From assembly GCA_965199855.1 (NCBI GenBank), contig OZ241326.1, positions 2,624,001 through 2,688,000 of the forward strand: a stretch of DNA of 64,000 nt. The letters are read 5' to 3'. A model generated the notes under the pieces. The model made no database searches, was not told the DNA's origin, and worked only from the letters and a program-made list of their open reading frames with translations. Shown here in pieces: positions 59,756-64,000 of this stretch (position 1 is the first letter of the stretch; every line of letters starts with the position of its first letter). The translations under genes and the position numbers were made by a program. Source of the stretch: a bacterium. GTDB lineage: Bacteria; UBA8248.

Positions 59756-61711
59756 CTAGCTGATCGGCGCGCCCGGCGAAATCTCCCCGCCCACCTCCAG
59801 GAGCGCGAACTTCTCCCCCTCGGAGGCGGCGAGCACCATGCCCCGCGACTCCACCCCCATCAGGCGGGCGGGCTCGAGGTTCGCCACCAGGATCACCCTG
59901 CGCCCCGGAAGCTCCGCGGGCGCGTAGTCCTTCGCGAGGCCGGCCACGACGGTGCGCGTCTCGTCCCCGAGCGAGACGGCGAGCTTGAGCAGGCTCTTCG
60001 ACCTGGGAATCCGCTCGGCCGCCACGATTTCGGCGACGCGCAGGTCCATCTTCTCGAACTCCCCGATGGAGATTCGCGCCTTCTCTCCGTCCCCTTCGGG
60101 CGCGTCCTCCCCGGCGTCGGCGATGCGCCGCGCCACCTTCTCGCGGATCGCCGCCTTCGCGTCCTCCTCGATGCGCGGAAACAGGGGGTCGCCCGGCTCG
60201 GCGCGCAGCTCGCGCGGCAGCCGGCGCATGTCCATCAGCTCGGCGAAGGGGGCGCGCGCCCAGTCCCCGGGCAGGCCGAGCTGCGCCGCCATCTTCCGCG
60301 AGGCGGCGGGCATGACGGGGGAGAGCATCGCCGCGACGACGCGAATCGCCGCCGCCGCGTGCCAGAGAACGGCGTCCAGGCGCGCCGCGCTCCCCTCCTT
60401 CGCCAGCGCCCAGGGGGCGCTCGCCTCGATGTATTTGTTGGCGGCGGAGACGACCTCCCAGGCGGCGCGCAGGCCGTTCTGAAAGCGCGTCCGCGCCATG
60501 CCCTCCTCGTATTCGCGCGCGGATTCGGCGGCGAGCGCGCAGAGCGCCTCCTCGGCCTCCCCCTCGCCCGCCTCGGCGCGCGCGAGGCGGCCCTCCCGAT
60601 AGCGCTTCACCATGCTCAGGACGCGGCGCAGGAGGTTTCCCAGATCGTTCGCCAGGTCGCTGTTGACGCGGTCGATGAGGGCGCCGTGGGAGAAGTCGCC
60701 GTCCAGCCCGAAGGGAATCTCCCTGAGCAGGAAGTAGCGGATGGCGTCCGCGCCGTATTCCTCGATCAGCCAGTGGGGATCGACCGCGTTGCCGAGGCTC
60801 TTGGACATCTTCCGGCCCTCGACCGTCCACCACCCGTGGCTGAACACCTGCCCCGGCAGGGGAACTCCCGCCGAGAGCAGGAAGGCGGGCCAATAGACCG
60901 CGTGAAACCGCAGGATGTCCTTGCCGATGAAGTGCTGATCCGCCGGCCAGGGACTCCCCTCATGCGTCCCGCCCTCGTCGAAGCCCGGCGCGGTGAGGTA
61001 GTTGCTGAGCGCGTCGAACCACACGTAGATGACGTGCTTCGCGTCCCCGGGCACGGGGATTCCCCACTGAAAGCTCGTGCGCGAGAGGGAGAGGTCCCTG
61101 AGCCCTCCGCGCACGAAGCTCATCACCTCGTTTCTCCGGCTCTCGGGCCGGATGAAGCCGGGGTTCTTCTCGTAGTGCTCGAGGAGCGGCTCCTGGAAGC
61201 GGCTCAGGCGAAAGAAGTAGCTCGGCTCCTCCACCCACTCCACCTCGGCGCCCGTGGGCGCGAGCCTCTCGCCCCCCGCGCCCTCGACGAGCTCGCTCTC
61301 GGCGTAGAAGGCCTCGTCGCGCACGGCGTACCACCCGGCGTAGGCGCCCAGGTAGACGTCGCCCGCCGCCTCCACGCGCCGCCAGAGCTCCTGCACGCCG
61401 CGGACGTGGCGCTCCTCGGTCGTGCGGATGTAGTCGTCGTAGGAGATGTCGAGCTTCTCCCAGAGCTCGCGGAACTTCGCGCTGTTCATATCGCAGAAGG
61501 CGAGCGGCTCCATGCCCGCGGCGCGGGCGGCGCGCTCGAGCTTCTGGCCGTGCTCGTCCGTGCCGGTGAGAAACCGCGTCGGCTCCCCCCGGAGCCTGTG
61601 GAAGCGCGCCTTGGCGTCGCACGCCACCGTCGTGTAGGCGTGGCCCAAGTGGGGCTTGTCGTTGACGTAGTAGATCGGCGTGGAGACGTAGAACGGCTTT
61701 GGGTCGCTCAT
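59756..61711 (-). CDS. metG: Methionine--tRNA ligase with C-terminal tRNA-binding OB domain
   Basis: PIYYVN...HLGH, KMSKS; ATG 61711 overlaps the PSP1 stop. Confidence 0.97.
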   Translation of the reverse strand: MSDPKPFYVSTPIYYVNDKPHLGHAYTTVACDAKARFHRLRGEPTRFLTGTDEHGQKLERAARAAGMEPLAFCDMNSAKFRELWEKLDISYDDYIRTTEERHVRGVQELWRRVEAAGDVYLGAYAGWYAVRDEAFYAESELVEGAGGERLAPTGAEVEWVEEPSYFFRLSRFQEPLLEHYEKNPGFIRPESRRNEVMSFVRGGLRDLSLSRTSFQWGIPVPGDAKHVIYVWFDALSNYLTAPGFDEGGTHEGSPWPADQHFIGKDILRFHAVYWPAFLLSAGVPLPGQVFSHGWWTVEGRKMSKSLGNAVDPHWLIEEYGADAIRYFLLREIPFGLDGDFSHGALIDRVNSDLANDLGNLLRRVLSMVKRYREGRLARAEAGEGEAEEALCALAAESAREYEEGMARTRFQNGLRAAWEVVSAANKYIEASAPWALAKEGSAARLDAVLWHAAAAIRVVAAMLSPVMPAASRKMAAQLGLPGDWARAPFAELMDMRRLPRELRAEPGDPLFPRIEEDAKAAIREKVARRIADAGEDAPEGDGEKARISIGEFEKMDLRVAEIVAAERIPRSKSLLKLAVSLGDETRTVVAGLAKDYAPAELPGRRVILVANLEPARLMGVESRGMVLAASEGEKFALLEVGGEISPGAPIS

Positions 61712-62643
61712 TCTTTCGCGTCGGCTTCCCCGGCGGGCGCGTCCCCGGCCGCGCCGGCTCCGGCGGCGGTCTTGAGAGAATACTGGCCGGTGGGCAGGCG
61801 CGTCAGATCGCTCGCGTGAATCGTCATGAAGTCTCCGGTATCGAGAGCTACGGTCACCTCCTCGTTCAGCAGGTCCTGCCGCACGACGGTGGCGCCGCAG
61901 TCGCAGCCGCCGACCTTCTTCTTGCAGGCGGGCAGCTTCTTCTTCGCCGCCAGGTAGTGGGAATGCTCGAAGCGCAGGCAGCACTTGAGCCGCCCGCAGC
62001 CGCCCGATAGCTTCGCGGGGTTCAGGCTCAGGTTCTGATCCTTCGCCATGCGCACGGAGATGGGGTCGAACGACTTGAGAAAGGAGCTGCAGCAATAGAC
62101 GCGCCCGCAGTCCCCGCAGCCGCCCTTCATCCCCGCCTCGTCGCGCACGCCGATCTGGCGCATCTCCACGCGGACGGAGAGGCGCTCGGCGAGCGCCCTC
62201 ACCAGCTTTCGGAAGTCCACGCGCCCCTCGGCCGAGAAGTAGAACGTCGCCTTCTTGTTCGAGTGGACGTAGCGCGCCTCGATGAGGCGCATGGGCAGCT
62301 TCATCTCCCGGATCTTCGCCCGGCAGAAGTCATACGCCCGCTTCTCGCTCGCCTCGGCGCGCGCGACCTTCTTCTCGTCCTCCTCGGTGGCGAGCCGCGC
62401 CACGCGCGGCAGAGGGGAGGGATAATAGCGCGCGTCCATCACCCGGGGGTTCTCGGACACCTCGCCGAACTCCACGTCCCCGCCGCTCGTTTTGAGCATC
62501 ACCTTCGTCCCGACCCGCAGGCGCAGACCCTCGTACGCGTGGGGGACGGGCCGGGCGCCGAAGCGCGTCCTGACCCCCACCACGCCGATTTTCCGGGCCC
62601 CGGGCGCCTCCGCGCCTCCGTCCGGCGTCTCGCTCTCGCTCAT
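61708..62643 (-). CDS. PSP1 domain protein (YaaT/RicT family)
   Basis: GRVDFR, RQIGVRDEA, CGRVYCC, CGRLKCCL. Confidence 0.92.
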   Translation of the reverse strand: MSESETPDGGAEAPGARKIGVVGVRTRFGARPVPHAYEGLRLRVGTKVMLKTSGGDVEFGEVSENPRVMDARYYPSPLPRVARLATEEDEKKVARAEASEKRAYDFCRAKIREMKLPMRLIEARYVHSNKKATFYFSAEGRVDFRKLVRALAERLSVRVEMRQIGVRDEAGMKGGCGDCGRVYCCSSFLKSFDPISVRMAKDQNLSLNPAKLSGGCGRLKCCLRFEHSHYLAAKKKLPACKKKVGGCDCGATVVRQDLLNEEVTVALDTGDFMTIHASDLTRLPTGQYSLKTAAGAGAAGDAPAGEADAKE

Positions 62644-62650
62644 CCCCGAA

Positions 62651-63673
62651 TCACCTCCCGGCGGGAACCGTCTCCCGCAGCGAATATACCAGAGTTTCGA
62701 GCGTCAGGGAGGGGTTCGTGTTCCCGCTCCCGACGTCCCGCATGGCCGTCCCCACCCTTTCGAGCGCCCTCGTCAGGCCGACGCTTCCCCAGCGCGCCCC
62801 CATCCCGGCGAGGGCCGGCCGAACGTCCTCGTGCCACAGCTCCGCCGCCCCGGGCGCCTCCCGGGCGATGAGTATATCGCGAAGCAGCCCCCGAAGCATT
62901 TCCAGAAAGAGAAGCGTCTCGCTTCTTCCCGCGGCCCCGCTGCCCGCCCTGTTCGAGGCGAGGGTGATGAGCGCCGCCTCGTTCGCCCGGCCCGCGGGCG
63001 CGCTGACCTCCTCGAGAAACCGCATCGCCTCCTCCCTGCGCCCGGCGAGCGCCTCCAGATCGGCGGAGACGGCCACGCCCAGCCTCCCCATGCTGAGGGC
63101 GACGCGCCTCTCCACCTCCGCCTCGCCGCCGCACCGCGCCGCGAGGATGGCGGCCAGATCCGCGCGGGAGAGCGCCCGGAACCTGAGCCTCCGGCAGCGC
63201 GAGACGACGGTCGGCAGGAGCGAATGGAGGTTCGGCGTCACGAGAATCAGAATCGCGTGCGCGCCCGGCTCCTCCAGCGTCTTCAGGAGGACGTTCTGGC
63301 CCGCGGGGGTGAGCGCGTGCGCCTCCTCGATGATGAACGCCTGCCGCAGCCCCTCGTTGGGCCGCCGGTGGGCGCGCCGGACGACCTCCTCCCGAATCGT
63401 CTCCGCCTTGATGGATCGCGCCCCCGCCTCCGGGCGGACGGAGACGACGTCCGGATGCGCGCCCGCGGCCGCCTTCCGGCACGCGGGGCACTCCCCGCAG
63501 GGCGGCGCCTCCTCCGCGCACTGGAGCGCCTGGGCGAAGACGCGCGCCGCGGCCGCCTTGCCGACCCCGTCGGGGCCGTAGAACAGGTAGGCGCCCGCCG
63601 TCCGACCGGAGGAGATATCCCTCCGCAGCAGGTCTAGCGCCGCGTCCTGCCCCCGGATGGATTCCCAGCCCAC
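62651..63673 (-). CDS. holB: DNA polymerase III delta' subunit
   Basis: GPDGVGK, CGECPAC, HPD, NVLLKTLEEP, SRC. Confidence 0.92.
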   Translation of the reverse strand: MGWESIRGQDAALDLLRRDISSGRTAGAYLFYGPDGVGKAAAARVFAQALQCAEEAPPCGECPACRKAAAGAHPDVVSVRPEAGARSIKAETIREEVVRRAHRRPNEGLRQAFIIEEAHALTPAGQNVLLKTLEEPGAHAILILVTPNLHSLLPTVVSRCRRLRFRALSRADLAAILAARCGGEAEVERRVALSMGRLGVAVSADLEALAGRREEAMRFLEEVSAPAGRANEAALITLASNRAGSGAAGRSETLLFLEMLRGLLRDILIAREAPGAAELWHEDVRPALAGMGARWGSVGLTRALERVGTAMRDVGSGNTNPSLTLETLVYSLRETVPAGR

Positions 63674-64000
63674 GCGAATTTCTCCTTCAGAACGGCCGCG
63701 ACCCGCTCGCGCACCTCCTGAATCGTCCCGTCCTCCAGAACGCGAAAGCGCTCCGGCTCGCGCCTCGCCAGCGCCTCGAAGCCCGCCCGCACCCTCTCGT
63801 GAAACGCGAGGCTCTCGCGCTCCAGCAGATCGGGGGACTGCGCCGGAGCGAACCGCAGGAACAGCTGCGCGTCGGCGCCCTCCCCCCGAACGCGGGCGAG
63901 GCTCTTCTTCAAGGGGACGTCGAACAGCAGCGTGAGGTCGGGGACGAGCCCCCCGCTCGCCATCCGGTTCAGCTCGAGCGTCATCCCCTCGTCCAGCCCG
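63634..64000 (-). CDS. tmk: Thymidylate kinase (3' part)
   Basis: PDLTLLFDV, FHERVRAGF; tmk-holB synteny; 5' end outside the window. Confidence 0.88.
   Translation of the reverse strand, partial: GLDEGMTLELNRMASGGLVPDLTLLFDVPLKKSLARVRGEGADAQLFLRFAPAQSPDLLERESLAFHERVRAGFEALARREPERFRVLEDGTIQEVRERVAAVLKEKFAWAGNPSGGRTRR

Overview
High-GC bacterial chromosome segment, mostly on the minus strand. 1-18 kb holds the core translation/transcription cluster (tRNA-Thr/Tyr/Gly/Thr, tuf, tRNA-Trp, secE, nusG, rplKAJL, rpoBC, rpsLG, fusA and a second tuf that appears identical). 18-48 kb is housekeeping and metabolic genes (rlmB, cysS, ispDF, PIN-TRAM, moaC, O-antigen ligase, dcd, PPIase, xanthine-dehydrogenase-family Mo subunit, gpsA, DtxR/MntR, TonB, groES/EL). 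47.4-48.9 kb is a REP-rich mosaic followed by an Lhr helicase. 53.3-57.8 kb is a defence island: a DpnA-like MTase, a short N6-MTase plus EcoRI-family endonuclease, and a two-gene CdnE-like/patatin CBASS. The window ends with tatD-radical SAM, metG, PSP1, holB and part of tmk. Signals the ORF track misses: a putative sigma54-driven ~155-nt sRNA with enhancer, IHF site and terminator (36.4-36.65 kb); an OsmC-family selenoprotein split by an in-frame UGA with a SECIS-like hairpin (31.9-32.4 kb); a promoter-anchored ~110-nt rod-shaped RNA (26.06-26.17 kb); and NrdR-like and DnaA-like boxes upstream of dcd. All assignments are by eye from motifs; no searches were run.
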